A stretch of 64,000 bases of DNA from Azolla caroliniana (lineage: Eukaryota; Plantae; Polypodiophyta), in the NCBI GenBank assembly GCA_043228905.1, contig JBHGNT010000003.1:7998001-8062000 (forward strand). Direction: 5' to 3'. The position numbers were made by a program, and so were the translations under genes. Below are positions 11,940 through 24,335 of the stretch, in pieces; the first letter of the stretch is position 1, and every line of letters starts with the position of its first letter. Below the pieces are notes generated by a model, which was not told the origin of the DNA, did not search any database, and saw nothing but the letters and a program-made list of their open reading frames with translations.

Positions 11940-12151
11940 GGGCAGTGTTTACAATATTTTCATCTTTTATTTCCATTTTAATTGTTATGTTTTACTACAT
12001 CGACCCAACCAGTTTTCACTAATTCCATGTCGTTCCTTACCTCTTCTGTTGATCTGTCGACAACCGGCCGCTGTAACCGACAGATACAATAGGTCGAACA
12101 TTCGACTCTAAACATTCGGTCAAGATGATTGTGGTGGAGAGTTGGATAGAT

Positions 12152-12493
12152 TGATGCTAGTCTTATGCCCAGACTCGGTATACAAAACTAGTTACTATGA
12201 TATACTTATGATAAACTATTAGATGTAATATAGTTTGTGTAGTAGAGACCGTATTCGAACATTCGACACAGAGATAGTTAGAAAACTTACGACACAATGT
12301 GGTCGACACAATAGATACTCTAACTACTAAACTTATATTACTCAAAATAGACTGATACAATTATAGTGCTCTCGGTCCCTTTTAATAGGTGACCCGAGAG
12401 TCTCTCTCTCAAGATTATATTTGCCTTATTCTGCAAGAACTATAACAAAACTGTCCTAACTAACTTACTATATTTTATACTTGGCAAAATACA
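12152..12493 (-). repeat. Probable 3' LTR of a decayed gypsy element
   Basis: TG..CA bounded AT-rich segment with a TATA-like motif, directly downstream of the decayed accessory ORF; no partner LTR, boundaries tentative. Confidence 0.35.
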
Positions 12494-12526
12494 TTTTCCA
12501 TTATATTAATTTCCGTCCTTTTCATA

Positions 12527-13590
12527 TTATGATTCTATCTTTGTCCTTCCAACCTTCCGACTGCTATTCACATTGTTGACTCCAACTCCGATCATTCGAC
12601 TCTTGGTAGCCGACCGGCTAACACTTGGCACACCCGTGGGATAGTGCCTTGCACGGTCGAACCCTGTCCTTTTACTCTGGGTCCCGGACCTCATCATTGT
12701 CGGTGTCTTCATCGATGGGCACTTACATCTTCGTTCAGGATGTTGAACAATGTTAGCTCTTCTTCTGCTCGAGTGTCGGTATCGATCGTAAGTTGCTCCT
12801 CTTCCGACCTTTTCATTGATCCTGTCTCTGCCTCCTATAGCTCGATGTTGCCCTCAACATCTTCCACTGATATTGTGTGGCCAGATTTGGTTGGAGATGG
12901 TTGATTGTCATCGTTTGCCCCTAATTCTCCAGTCTGATGCCGACGATCTCTCTCATAAGCATCCAATTGTACGACAGTGGCGATTTGCTGGTCGGCATAG
13001 TCTTCCATGAGGCGTGTAATCTCCTCCATGTGGCTTGTGGCAATCTCATATAAATCTCTAGAAAGCTCTTCCTAGACTGGAGTTATTGGTGCTTTGTCCA
13101 TCTTGAAGAAGCCGACTTCTTGATTTTTTCTATTCTCCCAGTCGGCTCAGAGTAATTGCAATTCAGTCACCTGTGCCGACCACGTCTTCCATCCTTTGTC
13201 TAGGAATTCGACCACCATCCTTTGTGTTTTGGCCTTGTGTGTTGATAAAATGAGGCACACTTTTTCTTCTCCCGTGCTTACGTTGTCTGCATGGTGGCCA
13301 ATTCTTTGCGCATTTCAGCCATTCGAGCTTCTGCCGCTCCTTGGTCGAATATTAGTTTTGCTTCAGCCACCACCAATGCAAGTCACTTCAGTTCATATTT
13401 TGCCTCCAGCTCAGTCTACTTCTTTCTCCATTTCAAGGTTCGACTTGTGCTACTCATACTATGTACGCTTTTCAGACTTTCAAGCACTAACAGAGCAATT
13501 TGGTCGGAATAATGCTGCTCCTGCATTTGAATATACACCTCCAACTCTTTGACCTTTTCTTTTTCTTCCTTCTTCTCCTCCATCTATTGT
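12527..13590 (-). pseudogene. Decayed homologue of the gypsy accessory 3' ORF at 52896-55811
   Basis: Manual translation DKGWKTWSAQVTELQLL*ADWENRKNQEVGFFKMDKAPITPV*EELSRDLYEIATSHMEEI aligns with EKLWREWAQQAAELQTLRADAENRKKTGDGFYKMDEESIVNIREELSEDFYALAEEHLKEI. Confidence 0.8.
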
Positions 13591-13603
13591 TGTAATTGCT
13601 ATG

Positions 13604-16600
13604 TGTGAAAGTTAATATGAGGAAGCGTATGACAAACCGGCGCAACCGGATACAAACAGAACATAGAGAGAAGGTTTAACAGAGAATGCACAGGAGAGAC
13701 AGAGAGAGTAGAACATAAAACTAAATTCAAAATGATAATACACTCTATAGAATGTGCTCAGAGAGCACTTTTATACAAGTCCATAAAGGATTGACAAAAG
13801 TACTGATAGGTGCTTCAATGCTCATACGAGCGATTGACACTGATTGCCAAAATTATGCCCACGTACTAGGCTAGATCCGTAGGCCTCTAACAGCCTACCA
13901 GTTTCAATACGATCCAGTTCTCCAATCCGGCGCCTGGTTTTGGATACCATCCAGACACCGATCCGGCTCTAGCTTATTCAGCCGATCTGGATCCGGTTGA
14001 GCTTGCTTGCTCAACACTCACGCTCAAGCTCAACTTGAGATCGGATCGTGGTGTCAATGTTTACAGTAGCTGGTCCTTTCCTTTGGCTCCTTCTGGCGTC
14101 CTCTCGCCTTGCTTGCGCTCCTCATCTGGTTCGGTTCTACTTCCCGCGGCCCGTCCGGTTCTGCGTACCTCGATCTCCTTGGTCGGCTTGTCTGCTCAGC
14201 AGACCCATCTCAGCTCCTTCGCTATTATGGCTCCGACGCTTGTCGACCCATCGGTTCCTCTGTATCGGTGTCGACTTCCGCTGCCTTCTCGTCTGCTTGG
14301 CCTTTAGTTGATCTGGCTCCTCCGAATCAAATTGTTGAACCGGATCGGCTTCCTCCGATTCGTTCCAGCTCTTGTTTCGAATCGGTTGCGTCCGATTCGT
14401 TCCGGCTCTTGTCCGAGTTAGTAGTCTCCAAGTCGTCTTCTGTTTTCAGGCCCTTTACCACATCGGACCATGTCCGGGTCTTGGCCTTCTTCCAGTCGGC
14501 TTTGTTTCCACTTGCTCTGACTTGTTCGGATGTCCCGACTCCTTCGGTCGGCTCGGCTTCCTTTTTCTGCTCATCTCCCCCCTTGGTTCTTTCTTCCTCT
14601 CTGGCTCCTATGCCATCCGTTCTCCCCCTCAAGTGCGGCACGTCGAAATGCTGTAGACCAAGCATCTCCGAAAAGTGTTGCAACTTGTCCGATCTGAGCG
14701 GCTTGGTGAAGATGTCGGCGACCTACCGATCCGTGTGAACATACCAAAGTTCAACTTCACCGCTCAATGGACAAAGTGATAATGCACTTCTATGTGCTTT
14801 GTCCGAGCATGGAATACAGGGTTCTTGGTGAGTTGTATGCTGCTTACATTGTCACAATAAATCAGGATTGGGGTCGGCACCTTGATCTGAAGGTCATGTA
14901 GCAGTCACCGAAGCCAAATGACTTCACAGGTGGCAACGGTAGTGATGAGGAGAGAGAGAAAAATGATAGAAAAGAGAAGAGAAAGAGAAAACAATACTTG
15001 AATATATTATTAAGAAAAGAATACAATCTTCTTATACTCCAAGAGTAACAACCCCAAATAACTACTTCAATATACTATTACTAAAATAGTCTTTCTATCT
15101 TCTCTCTTTCTTCTACTAATCGTCTTCTCACTTCTTCTAATCTTCTTCTTCTTCCTCACTTCTTCTTGTAGATCTTCTATTCTTCCTTTTTTCTCAATGC
15201 TAATAATACCCTCATATTTATAGGTTTTTAGTTGCGTTATTCTTGCTTTTTTCTTTTCTTTTCTTTTACATATCCTCGAGTTTGTGTGGTGCTTTTTTCA
15301 TATCATTATTTCTGGTTTGCCATCCAAATTTATCACAAAAGAAAGCTCTCTTTGTTAGCTTTCTTAGGATTTTTTTTTTCTGAAATTTGGATAAGAGATG
15401 AAGAAATTATGAGCTTTTTTCTCTGCCTTATTATGCGTTTTTCCCCCTTTTTTTCTTTTCTCTTGCTTTTTCTACTTTTGGAAAATGCCTCTAACTTCAT
15501 ATCCCTTCAATTCCATTCTTCTTTTAACTTTTGAACCTTTCACATTGTGCTTTATTCTTATAAACCTTGGCTGCTTTTTGCTGCTCCACGCAACAACCAC
15601 ACTATCAAGAGAAAACATGTAACCGGAGGTTGATCGACGATCCAATGCATCACCAGCCCATTCGGCATCGGTATATCCGACTAGCTTCCCGGTTATGACG
15701 TGTCGGTATAACAGTCCCTGGTCGTTCGTGCTGCTCACATATCGCAATAGTCGATGCGCACACTGAAGGTGCTCCGTGGTCGGCTTCTACATAAACTGGC
15801 TGATTACTCTGACCGGATAACTGATGTTGGGTCGGGTGATGGTCAAGTAGATAAGGCTTCCGACAATTTGTTGAAACCATTTCTGATTGCATGCCGAACT
15901 TGTACAACATATTCAACACATAATGGCGTTGTGAGAGCAATATGCCGTCGGGGGTCCAGATCACCTCGATCCCAAGAAAATAATGAAGGTCCCCCAGGTT
16001 CTTCATTTCAAAAGTGTCTGACAACTAGGACTTCACACTGCCGATTTCATCGAGTCCGGGTCCAATGATGACTAGATCATCTACATATAGTAGGATACAA
16101 ACCGGATCGTCCAGACATTTCCGGAGGAACAATGAAGAGTCGGACTTTGAGGCCATAAACCCCATCTTGCGCAAACGGTGCGTGATTTTCGCATTCCAAG
16201 CTCAGGGGCTTGCTTCAGACCATAAAGTGACTTTTTGAGTCGGCACACCACCGACCTGTTTAGCTCTGATTGAAAACCAGGGGGTTAGATCATATACACG
16301 TGTTCTTCAAGGTCACCTTGAAGAAGCACATTCTTCACATCCATTTGGTGAAGATGCCATCCCCTTGCCGCAACAACAGTCAGTACCACATGGACCGTCG
16401 TCATCTTCGCTACCGGAGCGAAGGTCTTGTCGTAGTCGATTCCATGGGTTTGTGCATATCCCTTCGCCACTAATCGGGCCATGTACCGGTTGATTGAATT
16501 GTTAGCATTGTACTTTACCTTGTACACCCACTTGTAGCTGATCGATTTACATTGTTGGGGAGGGTCAACCAGGTCCCAAGTGTCGTTGGCATCGAGTGCC

Positions 16601-17925
16601 TGCATTTCTTCTTCCATAGCTGTACGCCAATTTGCGTCGTTCGTTGCTTTTGAGTAGCTCTTCAGCTCACGCACTTCTGCCACCTTGGTCATGTACGCAT
16701 AGTGATGCGCCTTGTACTCATTGTATCCGTACCATTTTATAGGGTTCTTTTGGTAGGTTGACCGACACAATTTTTCGTCAGCCAGTTTGAGGCCCTTCTT
16801 GGCCGGTTCAAACTTTTCTTCTGAAGATCCGACTTCGTTCTGTCCGGAGTTAGAATCACTCTGATTTGACTCTTCACTGTTGGTGTCATATTTCGACATC
16901 TTCTTCTTCCCCTTCTCTGTGCGCGTGAACCGTCTCCTCGGTTCCTTGTGAGGGAGAGCACGACATAGTCTCCACTACTTGTCGGTTCTTCATCCGACTC
17001 GACCGCTCATTCGGCCCACTTAGCCGGAATGAGATCGGACTCTCATCTAGAGTACCGAAATCTTCATCTTCTACCTGAACCTCTCTAGGTTCACTAGCCT
17101 CATCCTCCGAAATCGGGTCTTCGTCGGGAGTTGGAGTCGGTAGAGAGTACCATGATGCTGACTCATCAAACTCGACATATCGACTTACTCAGACCTATTT
17201 AGTTTGGGGGTTATAACACTTATACCCCTTCTATTCATGCGAGTAGTCGATGAGTATGTACTTCTCTGACTTCGGATCCAACTTCCTCAGCTTCTCATTC
17301 GGTACATGCACATATGCTATGCTACCGAATATCCGAAGGTGTCTCAAATTCGGCTTCCGCCTGAAATACAGCTCATGTGCTGACACCTTATCTCCAATCC
17401 GGTTTTGGATGTGGAGGACCGTCCGGACCGCCTCAACCGAGTAGAACTTGGGCATGCTTTTCTCCTCCAGCATTGCCTTTGTCGTGTCGATAATCGACCG
17501 GTTCTTTCTCTTGGCCACACCATTTTGTTCCGGTGTGTATCGACAGTTGAATTCTCTCCGAATTCCTTTTTGTTGCAAATAACTGTTGAATTGGCTGGAA
17601 AAGTATTCTTTTCCGCCATCTGACCGTAGGCACTTGATCTTTCATTCTGTTTCCTTCTCGACTAAGCTTTGTAGATTCTGGAAACAGTTGAAGACTTCAC
17701 TTTTCCTCTCAATGAGGTAGATCCATGTGTGCCGACTATAGTTGTCGATGAAGGAGACGAAATACCGACTCCCACCAAGACTAACGTTCTATGCCGGTCT
17801 CTATACATCCGTATGGATTAAGTCGAGCTTGTTACAGCTCCGGTTTCATTCGATGGGGAATGGAAGTCGGTGTTGCTTCCCGAGTTGGCAGGCTTCACAT
17901 ATTTGGGCCTTCCGACCACTAAATT
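13604..17925 (-). mobile_element. 5'-truncated decayed Ty1/copia (IN-RT-RH, long 3' region, 3' LTR)
   Basis: [57 protein letters not shown]. The LTR starts at 14016 (TGTTGAGCAAGCAAGCTCAAC) and resembles the start of the LTR at 6200; its far end near 13604 is approximate. Confidence 0.85.
14943..15562. mobile_element. Truncated LTR-like insertion within copia RNase H
   Basis: AT/CT-rich block starting TGATGAGG that interrupts the RH coding sequence; no TSD and some host codons lost; similar in character to 19942-20542. Confidence 0.5.
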
Positions 17926-19472
17926 TTGGCAAGCTCCATGCCAATGGTACAAGAAGTTTGAATCCTTCATGTTGGAATATGGGTTTCATAAAACACAAGC
18001 TGATCATTGTGTGTTTGTAAAAACGTATGATGAGTGACTTCTTGATTCTCCTATTGTACGTTGATGACATGTTGGTAGTCGGACAAGATACCAAGAAGTT
18101 CAGGAGCTTGAAGAAATTCTTAGGCAAGTTGTTTGCCATGAAAGATCTTGGACCGGCTAAACAAATCTTGGGGATGCACATAGTTCGGGATAGAACTAGG
18201 AATGTGTTATGGCTGTCACAAGAGAAATATGTGACAAAGATTTTAGAAAGATTTAACATGTCAGAGTCAAAGCCAGTCGGTTCTATGTCGTTGACAAATT
18301 GCAAGCTAAATGTCAAGCAATGCCCAAAAGAGGAAAAGGAAAAGATCGAGATGAGGAAAGTACCATATGTCTCGGCCATCCGTAGTTTAATGTATGCTAT
18401 GGTCTGTATGAGGCCATACATAACATTGGATGTGGGAGCAGTAAGCCGATACATGAGTAATCCAGGAAAAGAACATTGGGAAGCAGTCAAGCGGACACAC
18501 CAAGCGCGGTCTGGGACGGAGCACGGATGATGAGGCTACGAATGATGGGCTACGAACTTGGAGCTAGAAGTGACGAGGCTAGGAACTCTATACTCGAGAA
18601 ATATCTCGAGAATATACCTGTTTAAAATATACCACAGAATAATTCTAGGACATACTAACGGCTAGACTCTACAATATATACAAGTTCATAATCGAATGTG
18701 GACAGTTCAAAAGAGTTTCCATATGGTTAACACAACACAATGTACTATGTGTGTTAAAAGTCAGAGGTTCGAGTCTAGAATGTGACAGGTACTTGAAAGG
18801 CACCTCGTGGTTGTGCCTCAGGTATGGTGTCGGAAAACCTATGCTCGAAGGGTTTACCGACTCAGACATGTCGGGGGACGTAGATTCAAGCCAACCCAAT
18901 CAGGTTATGTGATAATCTATGCATGGGGAGCACTGTCGTGACAATCAAGACTAAAAAACAGAGGGTTGTGGCCTTGTCGACCACAGAGGTAGAGTATATG
19001 GCCGCGAGAGAAGCAGGCAAGGAGTTGATATGGATGAGAAATTTTCTAAGTGAGCTAGAATGAAGCAAAGAGAATTCTTGCTTCAATATAATAATCAGAG
19101 CACCATACATCTAGCCAAGAACGCTGCATGTCACTCTTGGACCAAACACATACAGAGAAGGTATCATTGGTTGCGAGAGAAAGTGGATGAAGTAGAGTTT
19201 ACCCTTGTGAAGATCCATACTAACAATAATGGATCCGACATGCTCACAAAGAACCTAAGAACCTAATTATGGACAGACTCAGAGTCTGTCGATAGGAGAT
19301 TGGAATGTCCGACTCTGCCCTAGGAGTGAAGGGGGACTTTGTTAGGAAAATGTCCATTTTCCTCCTATGGGAGAAGTCGACAGTTGGAATCAAGGAAGAA
19401 GTCGGCAGTCGGATCGACAAGCTGAGCACAAGATGGTCGATCGGATCAACCAATGAGTCGACTAGGAGAGTA
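17926..19472 (+). mobile_element. Copia RT-RH fragment with PPT and start of 3' LTR
   Basis: LILLLYVDDML, MKDLGPAKQILG, TKHIQRRYHW, SDMLTK; PPT GAGTGAAGGGGGA and LTR start TGTTAGG at 19340; same lineage as the element at 201-5606. Confidence 0.88.
18496..18787. mobile_element. Truncated LTR-like insertion
   Basis: About 290 bp of unrelated sequence ending TGTGACA that interrupts HWEAVK|RYLKGT. Confidence 0.5.
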
Positions 19473-19928
19473 GACGATATTGATAAGATGTTTAGTACAT
19501 TCTCTAGATAGTTGTCTCGATATGATGCTTTCACATTACCGAAGTTAATTGACGTCATTTGTGATGCATATACACCACGTCTGAATGTGATCCACTTAAA
19601 GGAGATATACGACTTTAAGAGATACATAGAAGATGACGGGAAGGGGAATGTGAACGTGTTAGACCAATTAAACAATATTAGCTTCAATAATGTATTCTTG
19701 ATAAATATAAATGATATAAGTGGTTGTACATTGTTGCATGCAAAGCAATATTCATCTTCCCCACAATGGGAGCCAGGAGGCGGTTGTGAGTTCTTGCTTC
19801 ATATGCCATCTACTACCATTTATGATGCAAAACAAATGCCAATTGAGACTAAAAAGGAAATGCACAGTGAGTTGGTAGATGAACAAAGGAAGGAACTTTT
19901 GGATGCAAGCCTTACAGGACAAAAGTAA
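19473..19928 (+). pseudogene. Possible DNA-transposase fragment (GHTHxDIDQxFS-type, DUF7869/Sola-like)
   Basis: DDIDKMFSTFSR*LSRYDAFTLPKL...IYDFKRYI resembles the region following that motif; recognised from memory only. Confidence 0.45.
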
Positions 19929-19941
19929 GCACATTGATAAT

Positions 19942-20542
19942 TGAAAAGAGAGATGATGATAGAAAAGAGAGAGAAGGAAGATATAGAAACCCAAATCTAC
20001 AAAGATATATTAATAAGGAGTGATGATCATAGAAACAAGAGAAAGAAGATACATAAACTCAAGCCTACAAAGATGAATTGATCACTAGAAAAACGCACTA
20101 CATGAATAGGCAAGAAAAACCCCACAAGAAAAAAACTCTCTTCACCACCTCACTCTTCTTGCTTTATATGAAGTTCTCCTCTAGTAGATAAGTTTCGCTT
20201 GCTTTCTTTTCCACGCTTTTTTTAGAGCTTTTCCATCTCCTATTCTTAGCTATGACACAACGATCTTCTAATCGTCATATCTCCCTCCTCCATGCTCCAA
20301 ATTTAGAGTTTTAAAAAGCTACGGATAGCTCTCGTCATAAGCTTGTTTGGGTGTCAAACGAGAGAGTTATGAGCATTTGTTTCGGACTGCTTTTTCCTTC
20401 TTTTACTTTTCTCCATCTTTCTTGCTTTTAGTTTGACTTATACTTGAAACCTTAGCTCGTGTTCTTGGCCTTCGGGTGTGAATGCTCCATACCTTATATT
20501 TTTGTAGTGTTCAATACCTTGAATTCTAAAAACACTTTCACA
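19942..20542. mobile_element. Solo LTR (601 bp)
   Basis: TGAAAAG...CTTTCACA with TSD ATAAT (19937-19941 and 20543-20547); the empty site is visible in the duplicated unit near 20646-20680. Confidence 0.85.
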
Positions 20543-20766
20543 ATAATGTATTTAGAAATATGCGGGACCACAAGATTCCTCATGGTGGGACATGTTCTTT
20601 AATGATCAACAAGGAATTATTGATAATTCCTTCACTGGTATTTGGCAAAAGTAAGCACATTGATAATGCATTTAGAAATATGCGGAACCACAAGATTCCT
20701 CATGGTGGGACATGTTCTTTAATGATCAACAAGGAATTATTGATAATTCCTTCATTAGTATTTGGC
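20543..20766. repeat. 120-bp tandem duplication (unit 1 begins at ~19920 and is split by the solo LTR)
   Basis: ATAATG(T/C)ATTTAGAAATATGCGG recurs at 20543 and 20663. Confidence 0.9.
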
Positions 20767-20864
20767 CCTTGCAAATACCATTTACGTGCTCCGTACAATA
20801 CATGCCTAACTCTCAAATGCCACCTAATGCACCTAATGCGGATCATGACAACTTGGTTCTGTCA

Positions 20865-23593
20865 TGTAATCGATGCGGAATAGATCACAGAAAACGAACT
20901 ACATGCTGAAATACGAATCACAGGAATGGCAGAAAAGACAAGATAAACAAGAGTGCACAGAGATTTACGTGGAGACCCTAAAGTGGGGAAAACCACGGGA
21001 ACAGATCTTCATGATAGACAGTGAATATACAATACAGAGAGGATTACAACACTCTTGCGAGTGGATCAGCCGCACAATGATACCTTCTTTGTATGTGCTT
21101 GGTCCGGGAATGGTATGTCGCATTCTTGGCTAGGTGTATGGCGCTTTGACTATCACAATGAAGCAAGAACCCCTTTTGCTTCATGCCTAGTTTGGTGAGA
21201 AAATTTCTCATCCAGATCAGCTCTTTTCTGGCTTCTACCGCTGCCATATACTCTGCCTCTGTAGTCGACAAGGCTATAGACTTCTGCAGTCGTGACTGCC
21301 ACGACATTGCTCCCCTTGCATAGGTCATCACATACCCTGACGTGGACCGGCTCGAGTCAACATCTGCTGACATGTCCGAATCTGTAAAACCTTCCAACAC
21401 AGGTTTTCCAACACCATACCTTAGGCACACCTCCGAGGTGCCTTTCAAGTACTTGAGTATCCACTTCACCGCTGCCCAGTGTTGTTTCCCTGGATTACTC
21501 ATATATCGGCTTATTGCTCCCACATCAAATTCTATGTCCGGTCTCGTATAGACCATAGCATACATTAGACTGCCGACGACTGAGGCATATGGTACCTTTC
21601 TCATCTCAACCTTCTCCTTCTGTCCTTTCGGACACTGCTTCGCATTTAGTTTGCAATTTGTAGGAAGCACTGAACCGACTGGCTTTGCGTTCGACATGTT
21701 GAACCTCTCTAGGATCTTCGTCACATACTTCTGTTGTGACAACCATAGCACCTTCCAAGCTCTGTCTCGGGTTATGTGCATTCCTAGGATTTGATTTGCC
21801 GGTCCAAGGTCTTTCATGGCAAATGACTTACCGAGAGCTTTCTCCAAGCTTCCAATCTTCCTTGTGTCTTGACCAACTATCAACATATCATCAACATATA
21901 GCAAGAGAATCAAGAAATCTTCTTCCTCATACCTTTTGACGAACACGCAGTGATCGGCTTGTGTTTTCGGGAACTGATGTTCCATCATGAGGGACTCAAA
22001 CTTCTTATACCATTGGCATGGAGCTTTTTTTTGTCTGTACAAGCTTTTCCTCAGTCGACACACTAGATTCTCTTTCCCTTTCTCCTCAAAGCCTTGGGGT
22101 TGATGCATGTAGATCTCTTCGTCTAACTCCCCGTGCAGAAATGCGGTTTTGACATCCAATTGTTCGATCTCCAGATCCATGTTGGCCGCTATGCTCAAAA
22201 CAGTTCGTATGGATGTCATCTTCACGAATGGTGCGAATATTTCGTCGAAGTCGACACCCTTCCTCTGTTGGAAACCCTTCACCACTATGCGGGCTTTATA
22301 CTTGGGCTCGTTGTCGACTTCTGCAGCCTTCACCTTGTAGACCCACTTATTTCTGAGTGCTGTCTTACCTTTCAGCAGCTCTACTAGGTTGTAGGTGTAA
22401 TTCATGTGCAAAGATTCCATCTCCTCTCGCATTGCGTTCAACCATTTTCTTCTACTCTCGTCGGCAATGGCTTCTTCATAGCACTCTGGTTCACCGTCAT
22501 CAGTCAAGAGGATGTATTGACTGGCATATGTAGTTGATGCCTTCCTTTCTTTGAGCGGGTACCTTCGTCCACTCGTTGTTGGATCTTTTCCGGATGTCTC
22601 TTCCAACTCTTCTCTTTGCCCGGGATTTTGTTCATCAATTGGGATCTCCAGGTTGGACAACTCCAACTCATATTCCTCAATTGATTTTAGCAGCTCTGCC
22701 AACTCTAACTCATAGTCTTTCGGTCTCTCCGAGACGACCGACTCAAATTCGGCTTTGTTGGCCAGTTGTCTCCTTACAGCTGCCGGTGACGACTCACTTG
22801 GCCTTAAGTCGATGGTAGTCGAGGTTGACTGGGGAGTCGGCTCCGACTTCTATTGCTTCCGATCTTCAATTGTCTTGTCTTCTAGAAAGACTACATCCCG
22901 ACTTCTCACTACCTTCTTGTCGACCAAGTGCCACAACCTGTAGACGAACTCATCTTCTGAGTATCCCATGAATATGCATGCTTTCGACTTGCTGTCGAGC
23001 TTTGACCTCTGATCCTTTGGTACATGCATATACGCCAAACATCCAAACACCCTCAGGTGTTGGTAGGAGACATCCTTCCCTGTCCAAACCCTCTGTGGGA
23101 CATCACCCTTTAGAGGTACTGAGGGAGACCTGTTGATCAGATAAACAACTGTGTACATCACCTCAACCCAATAGGATTTCGGCAGTTTTGCATGAGAGAG
23201 CATGCTCCTCACTCTCTCCATGATCGTTCGATTCATCCTCTCTGCAAGCCCGTTCAACTCTGGGGTCTTTGGCACTGTGTATTCGATCCGAATACCTTGG
23301 CACTTGCAGTATTCCTCGAATTGCCCTTTGTACTCGCCACCGTTGTCGGTTCGGACAACCTTCAGTTTTCGACCCGACTCTCTTTCGGTTCTTGCCTGGA
23401 ACTCCTTGAAAACCGACAGTACTTGATCCTTCGTCTTCAGTACGAAGGCCCATGTCTTCCGACTATGGTTGTGAATGAAGGTCACGAAGTACTGTCCTCC
23501 CTGATGCGATAGGGCATCCACATAGCACACATCTGTGTGCACTAGTTCCAATGCAACTTCTCTTCTCCTTGGTGGGCTCGAGTGCAATGCCGT
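20865..23593 (-). mobile_element. Truncated copia (IN-RT-RH) fused to the distal part of an LTR
   Basis: ORFs 22850-23587 (IN) and 21044-22702 (RT/RH) are close to the element at 201-5606. After HIQRRYH the sequence jumps into LTR-like sequence with the CCCGTGGTTTTCCC..TCCACGTAAATC motif also seen in the 201-845 LTR. Confidence 0.88.
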
Positions 23594-24261
23594 TGTCGCG
23601 CTGTTACGTGTGTGCGTGTAGAACGAGGTGGGACCACCGGGGCCTCGGACCGAGAAATAACCGAATGAGGGAAGGGGAAGGAACTAACGATGTAATTCAC
23701 ATGCGCATGAACCCACAGAATCACAGGAATTGCAACTAGCTACAGAACGCGAGATGGAGACAGAACGAATGCTTATGCATATATAAATCGAGGTGTTACA
23801 ACCGGCAAGCCAGTGAGTGATGGGCTCCGACGCCTGCTCGCACACACACACAACGAGATGGAGACACTGCCGGGAGCACTCGGGCGTCCTGCGGAGCAGA
23901 GTCAGCCTCCTGAAACCTGCACAAAACGATTATGGAGACGATAGAGGAGAGGAGAAGCACTCCGTTCTAGTCCGACAACACTTCGTCCTCCGCCAAAACG
24001 TCCCCTCTTCCCGAAACCTCTCCCTCTCTTTTATAGCCCAAGGCGGGAGGCCGTTACCACCCGCTACATCATATTTACTCCGTATCCTTTCGGACAGGGA
24101 TACGCCTTGATTTTCTCCTAATGAATGTGTGTTACCTAGGATTCCTCCTTAGCCGACTTGTACCTATCTAAGTACTCCACAACAAACTTGTGCCGACGTG
24201 TAAGGGTAGGTTTACGCACGTTATACTCGGTTTCCGCCTAGGGATGGTTCTCTCCACGACA
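23594..24261 (-). repeat. 3' LTR of element B
   Basis: TGTCG..CGACA termini; PPT TTAGGTGGGGGCGGA adjacent at 24262-24276. Confidence 0.88.
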
Positions 24262-24335
24262 TCCGCCCCCACCTAACCGCGCATCCACTGGTATGCGCCA
24301 AAATTAGACTCTTGCCAGAGAAGACCGGCCCACGC

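Larger units (their letters stand above)
1..11940 (-). mobile_element. Decayed two-ORF LINE (APE-RT type, RTEX-like by inference), interrupted by two copia insertions
   Basis: Collinear minus-strand fragments: ORF1 (VRVTGLEE..RVG..RALVLQF, then IYLDEDLTK), endonuclease start MTLWNCNG (ATG 11505), RT motifs (DPNTYRTIMI, VDFRKAFDTV, GVKQGCPLS, LLYAND) and the C-terminal EDEYHFTCKCP motif at 1-200. Many stops and frameshifts. Confidence 0.85.

Noticed and set aside
11941-12151. Unassigned 210-bp segment between the LINE and the putative LTR
   Set aside because: No termini, TSD or coding signal I can support.
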